This document shows positions 11,229 through 24,127 of a DNA stretch of 64,000 nucleotides, in pieces (the first letter of the stretch is position 1; every line of letters starts with the position of its first letter). The DNA is taken from the NCBI RefSeq assembly GCF_006345805.1, contig NC_043000.1:65348001-65412000 (forward strand), written 5' to 3'. Below the pieces are notes generated by a model. That model did not search any database, was not told the origin of the DNA, and saw only the letters and a list, made by a program, of their open reading frames with translations. The translations under genes were made by a program, and so were the position numbers. The stretch comes from Octopus sinensis (lineage: Eukaryota).

Positions 11229-12495
11229 CATGGACTGCATCTTAATGATCAGCCCTTCTCCTCAATATGAGCAGATCTATCTCCTGACTCTTATCAATAC
11301 TCTGCAATGATCAGACATCCTAGACCAAATACAGAAAAAGAAAACACCCAACTGATTAGCTTAAAGTCACCAACAAACACTCTCCAGCCTCTGGTCTATG
11401 TATGCATTGTTTCCTCTCTCTGCCCTTCATGCTATAACTATAATGGTCTTGTTTTTCATAGCTGGCTGGGCTCATAGTACCTCCACTCATGCATTCTTGT
11501 ACCACTAACCTCGTCTCCTCTTATCACTCAAATTGTGTCCGTCACACTAATCAGTTTGCACTCAGTCCTTCCTTTCTAGAATGTTGGCCCTCTAAAATTC
11601 CTTCACTGTTTATGTCTTTCAAGTAATGACTCGTAATTTTACTGGTCTAAGAGCATCTACAAAGGTCAGGGTATAGTGCCCCTTTTTCCAAACCCAGCAA
11701 ATAGGAAAAAAACACTTTGTTTTCTCTCTTAATTGAAAGGGAAGTCTTGTAAATATTTTCTCACCATGGTAACTAAATATATCCAAATTCATGAACATCA
11801 CTAAATAATTTGGGGGGATACAGACCACCACTAGATTCTTCAAAGTATCCGACTAAAAATTGAACTCTTTCGTAAACACTAATTCTTTCACAGTAACATT
11901 TACAAAGTATTTAAGCTACTCCTCTATCATATGCTAGCTATAATAGCTGTTTGTGCTACATTCATAGAAATAAGATTTTAATTTACTCAATGCCTTTGCT
12001 AACTGCAGCTGATTTTTTTGAGGTAAGAAAAAAAAGAAAAGGCTTTTTATCTGCCAAAATACGTTAAGAAAAAGAAAAAATGGATAGAGAATATAAGGTA
12101 TCAACCATTTCACAGGAAGATGTACTGTCGCTCATTTAAATATATTAACATCATTTACTATGTACACAACTGAAATTATAGTCCATCTCTCCTTCCTGAC
12201 AGAATCAGCAAATTAAAAAAATACTTTCAAACTTCTTAACTGAAAAGTAGATATCAGCAGGAAAAGTAGGATTTATGAAATCAGATAATTCACGGTATGC
12301 CATTTTATAACTATCAAAAATAACTAAAACTATGGTAGCAGGAACAGAAAACCATTTCTCTCTCTCTCTAAGTGATAATTCCACTTACGTTAAGTGGGTT
12401 ATCTTATGGTTTAGAACTTGCAGCATATCCTTGCATTTGGCATCTAAAATACTAGGGAAAAAGAGACTGACGTGGGAGGGGGGGGGGGGTATCTA

Positions 12496-12832
12496 TCATC
12501 ATCATTGTTTAACGTCTGCTTTCCATGCTAGCATGGGTTGGACGATTTGACTGAGGTCTGGTGAACCAGACTCCAATCTGATCTGGCAGAGTTTCTACAG
12601 CTGGATGCCCTTCGTAACGCCAACCACTCTGAGAGTGTAGTGGGTGCTTTTACGTGCCACCAGCACGAGGGCCAGTTAAGTAGTACTGGCAATGGCCATG
12701 CTCAAATGGTGCTTTTTATGTGCCACCTGCACAGGAGCCAGTCCAGCGGCACTGGCAACGATCTCGCTCGAATGTTTTTTTTCACGTGCCACCAGCACAA
12801 GTGCTAGTAAGGCGATGCAGGTAATGATCACG
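12496..12832 (-). mobile_element. Truncated RTE 3' UTR copy
   Basis: Reverse complement of the RTE tail with (CAT)n. Confidence 0.8.
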
Positions 12833-13019
12833 CTGTATATTTGGTGTTAAAATGCAAAAGTTGCTTAGAAAATTATTTTAATTTAATATTTTCATTATTA
12901 ACAATATTGTAATGAAGTAATTACTGTAAAAGCACAGCTACTGATGCTTGTACTAACGGATCCCTTATAACATCTTCTCCCAGATATACACAAGCTTTTA
13001 TGTCATCTTATTGTGGCTC

Positions 13020-13530
13020 AATTATGAGACTATGGCTAGATTTAAGAACATAGATCGATTAACAACAACAAAAAAAAAACATGACAAATAGATTGCATAC
13101 TAGGAATTGAAACCATGATTGCACTATCTTCCTCATACAACATTGACCAGGTCTATACTATCATTTGAGCATATCAGTGTCAACTTCAAAGATTTTCTTT
13201 TTACTATTATCAAACACTTACTACTTCTAATGGTTATAGATGGATACTCAAGGTTTGGCTTTGCATGCTCAGATATGATAGCTCCAACACTAATTTGTCA
13301 TCATCAAATATAGTCTTTAGATTTGTGTTCCAGTTTCAAGCTACTCAGACTGAGGATCTCGGTTTATGTCTTGTGTTGTCAGTATGTATTTTAAACAACA
13401 ATACTATTTATTATACAAACTCCATGCTAGAAAAAGTCAAGTAGAATTACTAAATGGACCCCTCTAGAGAACAATAACACTTTCTTTGTTCAAGAAAGCT
13501 GTCAAAAACATTGTGTCAATGCTACTCCCC
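13020..13530 (+). pseudogene. Decayed LTR-retrotransposon (Gypsy-like) integrase fragment
   Basis: FEHISVNFK...LMVIDGYSRF...CSDMIA, then YSD*GSRFMS and QVELLNG: degenerate rve D,D,E-region motifs. Confidence 0.65.
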
Positions 13531-13858
13531 CCTGCTAGTTAAAGGGTGGTGACTTGGCTGAATATTTTGAGTCTTGTAGTATGTAGTTGTGTTAGTCGAT
13601 ATTCTGAGTTCAAATCCAACTCATTTCTTTATCATCATTGTCGATGGACCACTCAAAGAGGTATGTATACATTATCATTTTCGTAACATAATTTCTGTAG
13701 TATTTCAAGATGTTTCTGACACGTATTTTGATTCACATGGCAGAGATCCAACATTTCTTCACTTTTTCCAGAATTTCTTCTCTTTATTTTTTTTTTTTGC
13801 GAAATATGTACAAAAATACGGAGTTTATGATTCATGTGTGAGTGTGTGTTCTTGATAC

Positions 13859-14325
13859 TCGTTTAGAACAAGTAGTTTTACACCAATTACACTATTTTTT
13901 CTTAGTTTAAAGGCCGTGGACTGAAGATGTGAAATTTCCGAAGCCTCTCCCCCACCCCCCTTTCGCGAGCGCGCATTTTTTTCATGATAGTCGTTTAGAG
14001 CAAGTTGTTTTACACCTATTACGCTGTTTTTGTTTTTGTGCCCGGTTCAGACGCTTTCGGAAATTCCCGATATAAATTTTCCGAGGCCTCTCCCGCACCC
14101 CTCTTTCGCGAGAGCGCATTTTTTTTTGTCATATTCGTTTAGAGCAAGTTGTTTTACACATATTACACTATTTTTTTTTTTGTTTTGGTGCCCGGGTCAG
14201 CCCCTCAGACGCTTTCGGAACTTCCCGATGTGAATTTTCCGAGGCCTCTCCCCCACCCACCCTTTTTTTTTCATATTCGTTCATAGGAAGTTGTTTTACA
14301 CCTATTACACACATTTTTTTTTTAT
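13859..14325. repeat. CpG-rich tandem repeat, about 132-144 bp unit, about 3.4 copies
   Basis: TCGTTTAGAGCAAGTTGTTTTACAC-like starts at about 13859, 13991, 14135 and 14277. Confidence 0.85.
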
Positions 14326-15796
14326 TTTCTGATAGACGTAACGCCCTATATTAACCCAAAAAGCTTGGGGTACACTAGCTGGAAGCTAACAGCGAACCTT
14401 TTGCACTAGAAACGGGCACGTTTACATTTGTACTTCAAGTGTTCAAGTTGAATATTTTAACCAAATAAAATTATTTGATTGCAGGTAACTGTTTCTAGTT
14501 ATAAGTGGCTATTTCATTTCACAGTTATTGAGATATCGGCTTTCTCAAAGTTTGAAATTTTATATTATTATTGTTAACCCCAAGCAGCGACTTGGCAGAA
14601 TTGTTAGAGCTTCGGACAGAAATACCTTTCCATATTTTCTTCAGCTCATATCTCACCGGGTCAATAAAATAAAGTAGCATCTACATACTGGAGGCGATGA
14701 TATGGACTTATCTCTTCGACTCAAAAAACAACTAACCGTATCCCTAAATTAGAAATCATTTTTTGTTAGCTAAATAGAATTAAACTGCAAAACTTCTAAC
14801 AATTAAAATTAAATACTAACCAAACTCCATAAAACCTGTCTAACACTACCTCAAACTTATCGCGAAAGAAAATTTTAATTAATATAGTCACACATACTCA
14901 AATTTCCAGCTTCAGCTGGATGTCAAATTACAGTACAAGTTGGTTGCTACACCGGTATTAGTTCCAACGTAATTTTCAGCATCAACATTGCAACAGGATT
15001 GTTAATCGACTGCAGTCATTCATTTGAGTAACTTTCTATGTCCCGACACGCATTGAGAAGATTATTTTTAGGATCTCTATATCATTTTGACCATAGAACA
15101 GATAAAAACAACCAAAACAAATCTTAGCAACCTCATCTCAACGTATAAAAAGTCGCCAACAATTTTATGGTAACACATAAAGTGTATTATGCGTGATAGG
15201 ATACTAAGAATTAGCGTCGTCAATAGTTTCACGGACATAACTTTCAGAAATAAAATATAATATAAAATCGCCAACACAAATGGTATATTTCATCATCAAA
15301 AATAATGTAATTCAGCGATAGGGCAAAATAAGCATCGTGACATTTGAAGGAAAAAAACAATTTGTTGTGAAACAGTGTAATTGCAGATTCGAATTAGTTT
15401 CTATACCGTGCTGAATCCCTTGATTAATTTCACTATCAATAAAGGGTCTATAAGAAGTTTTATGTAATACAACACATTTTTAATGAAATTAATTAAGACG
15501 CTAATCATCGAACAAATTACTTTAGATGTAAACTACAGCAACAGCGGCTGAGAATGCGACATCAAAACACCGTTTTAACACAGAACACATTGACAAAATA
15601 ACGAGCAAAATCATTGAAACGAAATTTGTGATAACACTCTAAACTACTTTATTAAATACAACGAATAAACACTTTAAGCAAAGTTTTGTCAAATACTGTA
15701 AACAACAATAAATAAACTGAAAAGTAGATTAATTACATAGGGAAAACAAAACATTGAATTATAAATAAAAATAAAGAAACTAAAAGTTAATAATAC

Positions 15797-15960
15797 CTCG
15801 AAGATGTATCATATAATCAGTAAGAGGAGTGTCCTCCTCTATTTCTGCACATTTATATCACTGCAGCCACGCATATGTCTCATTGAAGATAACCATTCGT
15901 AGAATAATTCCAAACTCTCACATTCCCTTCCCGCCATTCAGTTACTGTTGATATCTCACG
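15797..15960 (-). other. Putative 5' UTR exon of TUBGCP2
   Basis: Donor CGAG|gtatta at 15796 in non-repeat sequence next to the promoter-like region. The transcription start is unknown. Confidence 0.4.
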
Positions 15961-16760
15961 TGACACATACGGTAAAACAGAATTTTCGGTTCCTAATGAA
16001 TGTTTATTCATTTCATAATTGGGAATAAATATTATTTACTGTATAGACAAATATTTTATGAAACTTTAACTATTTTTATTGAATAACAACATTTTTTTTG
16101 GTATTATTTTATTCTATAAGTAAATTACAAAGAAGTATTTTTTTAGAAATTCTTACTAATATTACATAAATTTAAGTGTGCTCTTAATTTAAAAGTCACC
16201 GGTCACCGCTCGTTACTATAAACAAGATAAATCTCTTATCGAAGATGATAATTACAAATAGCAACTTTACTTTTAAAATGTTTTACTTAACTTATTTATT
16301 GATATGAATGTAAGTAGAACTCTGATGAAAATTCAGTTTCCAGTTCTTATTAATCTTTACAGTGTAAATAACTAATATTTTTAAAGGAAAAAGTTTTCAA
16401 ACTTGGTTTTTATTTAAGTGTCAACAATTATTATCGTAGACTTTTTAAACAATTATGAAAAGCAACTGTACTTTTAAAATATTTAACTTAATCACATTAT
16501 TGATATGAAAGTTTGTTAAATGCTGATGAATATTCCGTTTTCTATTTTTCTAATTGAATGTCATTGAATAAATAATACTTTGGAAGGGAAACTAATTAAC
16601 GGCGATCTTTCGTTATGCCAAATTGGCGAATTTTGCGATTGGCATTTCTTCTCAGTCTGATCCTTGTTTTATAAGTTGTTATATAAGAATTTTACTAGGA
16701 CTCTAGTTATTGTACGCATACTTCTGTTTTTCTGTAATTTTTCGTGTACAATCGCTTACT
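15940..16760. promoter_or_regulatory. Putative bidirectional promoter for TUBGCP2 (-) and TMEM138 (+)
   Basis: TE-poor, CpG-retaining interval between divergent genes. E-box TCACGTGA at 15956-15963; ATTGG (reverse CCAAT) at about 16622 and 16638. Confidence 0.45.
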
Positions 16761-16811
16761 TTTAATTCAGTTAATTGTTTCTAAATTATTTTATTTTTCT
16801 CATACCTTATA

Positions 16812-16992
16812 CAGTGGAAACCACCTATTGTAATCACTTTGGGGGATGGAGCATTTTAGATAAGAATAACCTGCTGATAACATAAAGAGACTATAATGAT
16901 ATCTTAAGTTTGTTTTGGACTGGACCCATTAATTTTGATAACAATAATCGTTTGATACTATTTTCCCTGATAGTAATAAGCGGCGTCCATTG
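16812..16992. mobile_element. Short Tc1/Tigger-like MITE
   Basis: TA-CAGTGGAAACCACCTATTGTAATCA ... TGATAGTAATAAGCGGCGTCCATTG imperfect TIRs. Confidence 0.55.
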
Positions 16993-18243
16993 TGTCAGAA
17001 TCCACTATAAATTCCTCCAAAGCCAGCAACTGTTGCATGCTTAGTAAAAATGTTCGAATGGGTTGTTGTTTAGCCCCAGGTAGGCCTCTAAAATGAGTGT
17101 TTCTCTCCGCTTCAAATGTGTTCGTCTTTAAGACTCTTCAAGACTCCAGGCTGTGATTTGAGGGAGATCTGCATTTATTAACCGTCTGCATCCAACTGAG
17201 TCTCCTTTCATAATTAAAATTCTTTGTTTCAATCGTAATTTGATTTCACAAAAGGAACTACCAGCGATTCTGGTACAAAATGTTTCCGTTTCCAGTAAAA
17301 AATCTCAAGATTGGTAAATCAAGCACCCAGCCCAATCTGTAAAGTGGTTGGCATTAGAAAGGGCTTCCGGCAATAAAAACCATCCCTAAACAGACCTTGC
17401 CAGTACTGGTGCCACATGAAAGCACCCAGTCCATTCTGTAAAGTGGTTGGCATTAGGAAAGGCATCAAGCTATAAAAAACTTGCCAAAACACTGTGGAAC
17501 TTGGTGCAGTCCTCTGGCTTGCCAGCATAGTAAACGGACGTTAAATGATGTTGATGATGATGACACAGCAGTTATATTACACTGGTGTGTGTGTATATGT
17601 ATATGTGCCAAACACTAGAACTGAAATGAGCTCTTCCAGATGAGTTGACTCTAAAAGTAAAATTACTTCATGTAACATCCAGATCAGAGAAAACTAGTGA
17701 AGGCCCACATTGGCTACATTTAATCTATGGGGAAGTGTGACAGTTAAAATAAATATTGTTACCATGGAAAGTGCGCTACATTTTAAGCTGAGATCTTTGA
17801 TTGAAGAACTCTCTTTTCCTCAATAAAGGGCTTGTAGCCAGAAGCATCATTCTTTATCACTACATTTATTTAACTACTACTATCTTGCTTTAATTGCTGA
17901 TGAGGAAAGTCATTGATTTGCTTCAGCTCTGGATTTTGTCTAAAACAATTGTTCTTTACTTGAAAGAAGCCTTTATACGGTCGCTCAACATGCTAGAAAT
18001 AGTAGCCAAATCTCCCTTAAATCACACCCTACAATACCAGCTTAAAAAAAGGAACGACACTTTGGATAATGGTCCTTATTGCTTAAGAAAAACTTGATTG
18101 TTCAATTAAGACTAAACAACCACACCAGAAAAATCATATCACAACTTCCCATAGTCTCTATATAAGAAAAATAAATCATTTTCAATTTTTATATAAACTT
18201 TTCAATGATTTTCATTGTAGGTGCCAGTCTCCATCATAGAATC

Positions 18244-18368
18244 ATGTTGACCTCCAGATATAAAGCTATCTTATTCCTGCAGGCCCTTCTAATAGTCATT
18301 GACTTCTTTATGAATGTTGCCACAGAACTCCTGCGATTAGAAAATGTTGTTTTACTGATTCTATACAT
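18244..18368 (+). CDS. TMEM138: Transmembrane protein 138, coding exon 1 (exon starts at 18221)
   Basis: MLTSRYKAILFLQALLIVIDFFMNVATELLRLENVVLLILY; acceptor ttcattgtag and donor at|gtaagt. Confidence 0.9.
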
Positions 18369-18399
18369 GTAAGTTATATTGTCACTATCTTTAAGCATG

Positions 18400-18815
18400 G
18401 CTAAATGGTGAGTAGTGTCTGTGTTCCAACATTAAAACCACAGCCTATACAGGCTTATAGCCTGCAGCAAATCCCCATAAAAGTGCTGCCAAGGGAAGAC
18501 TGCCCCCACTGCCACCCTCTAATTATGCTAGTGCCTGTCAAAAGCTTTCTCCATGTCAGCAAAAGCCAAATACAGAAGTTTATTTTTGGCCAAATACTTC
18601 TGCAGCTAACACACCAGGAAGATAACATTGGTGGTGCTTCTACCTGGCACAAATCCAAACTGCATCTCATCTAGGCTAACTCTCTTCCTAATTAAGCTGT
18701 GACCCTTTCTGTAACTTTCATCATTCAGTCCAGCAATTTGATGCCGCTGTAATTATTTCTGTCTGAGGCATCACCTTTACCTTTGTAGCAATTGACTATA
18801 ATACTGCTACACATA
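18400..18815 (-). mobile_element. Decayed RTE RT fragment in a TMEM138 intron
   Basis: The minus strand carries KGKGDASDRNNYSGIKLLD and DMEKAFDR remnants. Confidence 0.75.
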
Positions 18816-19687
18816 TTTACTAAAATTTAACTTGCTGATGTTGGTCATCTTGGGGTCTCTGTAGATGATACTAGCTCAAGGTAACATCCAATGAGGCTGA
18901 ACCTGCTGTCACATACTGCAAAGTAAATTTTGTTTCTTTTAATTGATTTTTTTTTTAATCATTTTCATTATCATTGTTATTTATTTTCCCAAGATGGCAT
19001 TGATTGAATAAATCTGTACTGCAACCTTCCATGTTTTCTTCTCTGAACAGTGGAGTGCAATTTTCTGAAGTCTGGACCTAACTATTCTCTTAAGACATCT
19101 TTTACTACTTGGTACTGACACTGGTACTTCATACCACCAACTCACAACTCTTTTTTGGTCAGAAACCATTATTTATTCAAACTATCTGACTAAACTAACT
19201 TAACTCTATGTCCCTTTAATTGATTCCACAAGGCAAATATTCTCCCTGTTTTGCTTACAAGTTTCCCTTCTTGTTGATTGAGGTATTTGTATCTGAATTT
19301 GCATAAGGCAAATCCTTTCTTTATTCCACTCATGATTGTCCCTTCTGTTGATTTCACAATGCAAATCCTCTTTATAACCTACTCACAACTATCCCTTCTC
19401 TTGATTTCATGAGGTAAGTCCTCTCTGTATCCTGCTCACAGCCTTTATGCAGCAACATGTACTGTGACTCTTGCACACTTATCAATACTGACACTTCTTC
19501 CCAATTATCTTCATGTGGACACTGTCCTATCACAAATACCTCAATAGATTTGCAGTTGTAATGAAATTAAAGTAAATGTTATTATACAAAATTAAAAACT
19601 TAATTCTATAGTGTAAAAGTTTAACTTCTACCTGTCTCACACTCACTATTTAAAGTAAGTAAAAACAATTTCCTTGTCTGTTTTCAG

Positions 19688-19859
19688 AATCCAATCAATT
19701 GCCATCATGTTCTCATTGATCATTGTGTTCCTGATGTTCTTCAATACATTCATCTTTCAAGCTGGTTTAGTTAGATTAATGGTGAACAAATTCAAAATAA
19801 CTATTATTGTTACATTTTTGTACTTTGTTCTTTGTACAGTTCTAAATTGCTGGATTATG
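19688..19859 (+). CDS. TMEM138: Transmembrane protein 138, coding exon 2
   Basis: [36 protein letters not shown]...CWIM; the [14 protein letters not shown] motif is characteristic of TMEM138. AG/GT boundaries are in phase. Confidence 0.95.
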
Positions 19860-20279
19860 GTAAGTGTCTTTACTCCTAATAGTTTCATTTTATTTCAGTC
19901 CTTCCTCAACAAAATAAAATAACATTTTGATTTCTAATTGTGGTTAAGTTAAAAACATTTTAAGTGAAGATTTTCCATAACATCTAGTAGTCTTGTTTAG
20001 AAATTGACAATGATTTGAAGGGAATGTAATAAAATAAACTTTTTGTTATTTCATATTGTTATTTATTCTAAGTCAAAAGTGCAGAGCCAATATAATTAGC
20101 TTGAATGTCTGTAGGGGAGAAAATAAATCAATCAGCTGTTCTGGGAAGAAAGATTTGGGAAATTTATAGCAGAGATTTGCTTGTTTGTTTGTTTTGTTTT
20201 TTCATATAAAGATAGTTAGAAGAAAAGGGTCATAATCTTTGCATACCTTTCCAAATTTGTTGGTCAGTGTTTGTTAGGG

Positions 20280-21900
20280 AAGTGTGAATAGAGAATGAAT
20301 TTCAACTAAGAGTTGCAGTCCTGAGGTAAAAGGACTATGTGAAATGTTTCATGTCTGTGAAATGGGTCTGTCAGACAGTGTAACAAAGTCAGAATGGAAA
20401 GACAGACTAGTGGTAGGAAGGTCATGCAGCTAAAACTAGCTGGTTCATAAAAGTAGATACTTTTGTAGTAGCAAGACAAGAGGCAAAAGAGAAAAAAACA
20501 AACACTATGTTAGTGGTTGAAGCATTATGGTGATTAAATCTTTACCAATTAGTTGATTGGTCTTCTTTTTTGATGTAATGTAGGACGTTTGTGTGTATGT
20601 TAAAATAATTGTCCTAGATATGTGAACAGTATTTTAATGCAGGTTTTATTTGAGCTTTGAAAAGGATCAAAAACTCATCTGGACTGAAATATATGTTTTG
20701 GCTCTGGAAAAATATCTTAATCTTTGACATGTCACAGTGAGGGACCATCAGAGATTGTGAGTCCTAACATTTGTAGTGTATCTGTAAGTTCTAGTTGTTT
20801 GGTTTTAAGCAGAAAGGATTTGGTACAAGAGTGTTTTCTCAATATGTATATTGTGTTTTTATTCTACTAGGAGAGATTATTTTTGTCTTCTTGCCATTTA
20901 GAGATGCTATTTAGAACATTGTTTATGGAAGTGTTGTGTTTAGCATAAGATTATATTTAGAAGATCAAAGAAGAATAAAGGTTGGTATAATCTGCATAGG
21001 AATGTGTTAGAAGTGATGGCAAATAGGTTGGTATTCAGAGTAGTAAGATCAGTAACATAGCTCACAAGTCAGCAATATTGTCTTTATCTTTACCAACGTT
21101 CTGAAGACCAGGGATTGATATAGAACAGGTTTCCAGTTGATCTGGATCTGTGGAAGCCATACTGCACTCACTGAGTGGGGAAAGAAATTCAAAGTGATGA
21201 AGATGATTGTTAACAACTATTTCTATCACCTTTGACATATCAGAATATATGAGGAATAAGCTGGAATTTGGCAGAGTCAGAAATGTTGTCTTTTGGTGGA
21301 TGAGGCCTACTGTAGATCAAGATAAATTACTATAGAGGGAGATTGAAATGTTTAATGAGAGTATGAGCTAGCTCAAGCACACTCTGTTCTGAGAGTAAGA
21401 GAAGGGACACAAACAAAACCAGTCATCTATCCTAATGAGTTGGAGGTATCAGAAGAGTTTTAAAACATGGTGACATTGTGGATGGAGGTAAAATTCAGAT
21501 AGGGAAGAAGGGGAATTTGGGAGGGGCTTTGTAGAGAGTATGCAGTGTTGAGTTAAATGTGATGCAAATGTAGAAGCTTTTTTCAATAGAAGTGTTGCTA
21601 ATAGAATCATCATTGAGTGGTTGTAGATAGGAGGATTTAAGTTGACAGTGACCCTTGCCAAGAACCAGATGGCTGCAGACTGGGAAATCCTCCCAGTTGG
21701 TAGTAATAGGTGACTTCCTATAGATGTTATAAACATTTTTTTTTTCTCTTGTATTGATGCTGCACAGCTATGAGTAAACCATTTTTGGGGTTGGAGATTG
21801 TGGGCTTTGGTTACTTGAGGGGAGCCTAAAGAGATGGTTTTGGTCACTTGCTTATTTATCTCAAATGGGTTAATGGTCAAACACATTTACCAGCAGAATT
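20280..21900 (-). mobile_element. Decayed CR1/Jockey-type LINE
   Basis: Minus-strand remnants SDMSKVIE (about 21240), HSYADY (degenerate YADD, about 20990) and KASTFA. Confidence 0.6.
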
Positions 21901-22282
21901 AGTTAATGTTAGTGTGGCTGCACACCAACTCATTAACTGTCTTGATGTACCAGTAGATTCAGTTGAGGAGGGTGTTGTATTGTTTAACTCCAAATCAACT
22001 CTGATTGAGTAGACTTATGTATCTGAAGGCATTATAAGTCAATTTCTTTGACAATCTCAGTTTATTGAAACACTAGTTTGCAGCTTTTTAATAAGATTAA
22101 AGTTATCATGTCTCCATTAGATAAATTTTTTTAGATCTTTATCATATAGCTGATAGCTTGAGTAAATTTTCTGTTTCAGCTGAAGAATTTATTTATAAAT
22201 ATTCTGAAAGACCACTTAACCTAAAAGAATATTGTTTGGTCTTCTTGACAAATTTATTTAATTTTCATTTCTGTCTCAACAG

Positions 22283-22361
22283 AATCTACGCTGGAAGAAT
22301 GTTAACGAATATGTCTGGAATATCAGTGGTGTTCAAGTAATATATGTAATCCAGAGGTGCA
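22283..22361 (+). CDS. TMEM138: Transmembrane protein 138, coding exon 3
   Basis: NLRWKNVNEYVWNISGVQVIYVIQRC; acceptor ctcaacag and donor a|gtaagt. Confidence 0.93.
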
Positions 22362-23053
22362 GTAAGTAAAATTTACTCTACTTTCTTTCCATTGTATATA
22401 TTAACACCCACTTTACTATTTCACTAATTCTATTTTGGAGTTTCAGTTTTTAGTAAGTTAAGTTTTTGCCATACTTTATGATGGAATATTTATTTCAAGA
22501 TCATCATCATTATCATTGTTTAATGTCCGCTTTCCATGCTAGCATGGGCTGGCCGGTTCGACTGGGGTCTGGGAAGCCAGGAGGTTGCACCAGGCCCAGT
22601 CTGATCTGGCAGTGTTTCTACAGCTGGATGCCCTTCCTAACGCCAACCATTCCAAAAAGTGGGTGCTTTTTACGTGCCACTGGCACAGATGCCAGGCAAG
22701 GCTGGCAACGGCCACGATCGGTTGGTGCTTTTTATGTGCCAAGATGGGTATGGATATGACTGTGTATTAATTTCACTTCCCAGCCACCTCATTCTGGAGC
22801 ACCAACAACATTTGTCTTCTACTATAATCTCACCATCAATGCTTTGTGAGCAGAATTTTGTAGAAGCTATGCTTAAGTCTATTATGCAAATGTATGTTTT
22901 TCAGCAAGTATGTCTGAAAAAATCTTTGCAACAAACCTCTTGTACCATTTATTCCATACAAGTTAGATCTCTTTATACTTAGTAATACTTAGCCATTCAA
23001 TAGAGATTGATACACTAGAGCAATGGTTCTCAACTGGGGTCCATCTGGCTTTT

Positions 23054-23360
23054 GGGCACATGGCCTAGTGGTTAGAGCAGCGGACTCGCAGTCGAGGGAT
23101 CGTGGGTTTGAATCTCAGACCGGGCGATGTGTGTGTTTATGAGCAAAACACCTAAGCTCTACATGGCTCCATCAGAAGGTAATGGCGAACTTTTGCTGAA
23201 TCTTTCGCCACAACTTTCTCTCACCCTTTCCTCCTGCATCTAGCAGCTCACCTGCGATGGACCAGTGTCCCACCCAGGTGGGGAACCTATACGCCAATGA
23301 AACCAGGAAACCAGCCCATTGTGAGCTAGGCATGGCTTGAGAAGGAACAAACAAATCGCT
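23054..23360 (+). mobile_element. tRNA-derived SINE (family C)
   Basis: TGGCCTAGTGGTTAGAGC A-box and GGTTTGAATC B-box. Related copies at about 37979, 47640 (-), 55679, 59290 (-) and 62500. Confidence 0.7.
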
Positions 23361-24127
23361 TATAAAGATGTGGGACAAAGTGGTGAGAAAGGATCAGCAA
23401 ATGTTGGGACTCACAGAAGGGATGACAGGGGACCAAGACTCCTGGTGGTTTGCTGTGTTCTTTAAAAACACGCCAAGCTAAGTAAAGAGTGGTTGCTCTT
23501 GTGTCCAGGCTGATCCCTTGCAACCCTCTCCAGCTGAGCATCCCTAATCTTGTGGGCTCATAAGTTAGCGTTAGGAAGGGCATCCAAATGTAGAAACCAT
23601 ACCAAAACAAACATAGAGCCTGAAAGCCTTTCAGCTTGTCGGCTTCTGTTAAACCATCCAACCCATGCCCATGGAAAATGGATGTTAAATGATGATGATG
23701 ACAATTCCTAATGATATTTAATTATAAAAATATGTGATTTTTTTAAACATCGGATGGCTAGTTGGGGGAAACAGAGTAAAATAGGAATCAAAGGAGTCTA
23801 TAGGTAAAAATAGTTGAAAAACACTGTACTAAAGCATCATGTGGGGAACATAATCAACTAAAACTCATGAAGGCAGTGCCCAACATAGACACATTCCAAA
23901 TGAATGATTGAGTAAAATATTTAGCTAATTACATTAAGTAATCATAAGTTTAAAGAGGAAATTGCTGAAACTGAAAGCTTATTTCACTTATGTTTATAAT
24001 ATCCATCTTTTTACTTGAAAATAATTTTTGCTATTAAAAGGATTTTAAAAACATATGTTTAATATATATTTGTGAAAATCTTTCAGTTAATTAACAGAAT
24101 CTATATATATATATTTTTTTTTTATAG

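Larger units (their letters stand above)
7790..11650 (+). mobile_element. Highly decayed CR1/Jockey-type LINE, interrupted by SINE, Penelope and MITE insertions
   Basis: RT motif remnants KAFDCVW (about 10505) and PSLFLLYINDLL (about 10674). KASTFA (about 10003) is shared with the minus-strand copy at 20.3-21.9 kb. Confidence 0.65.
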
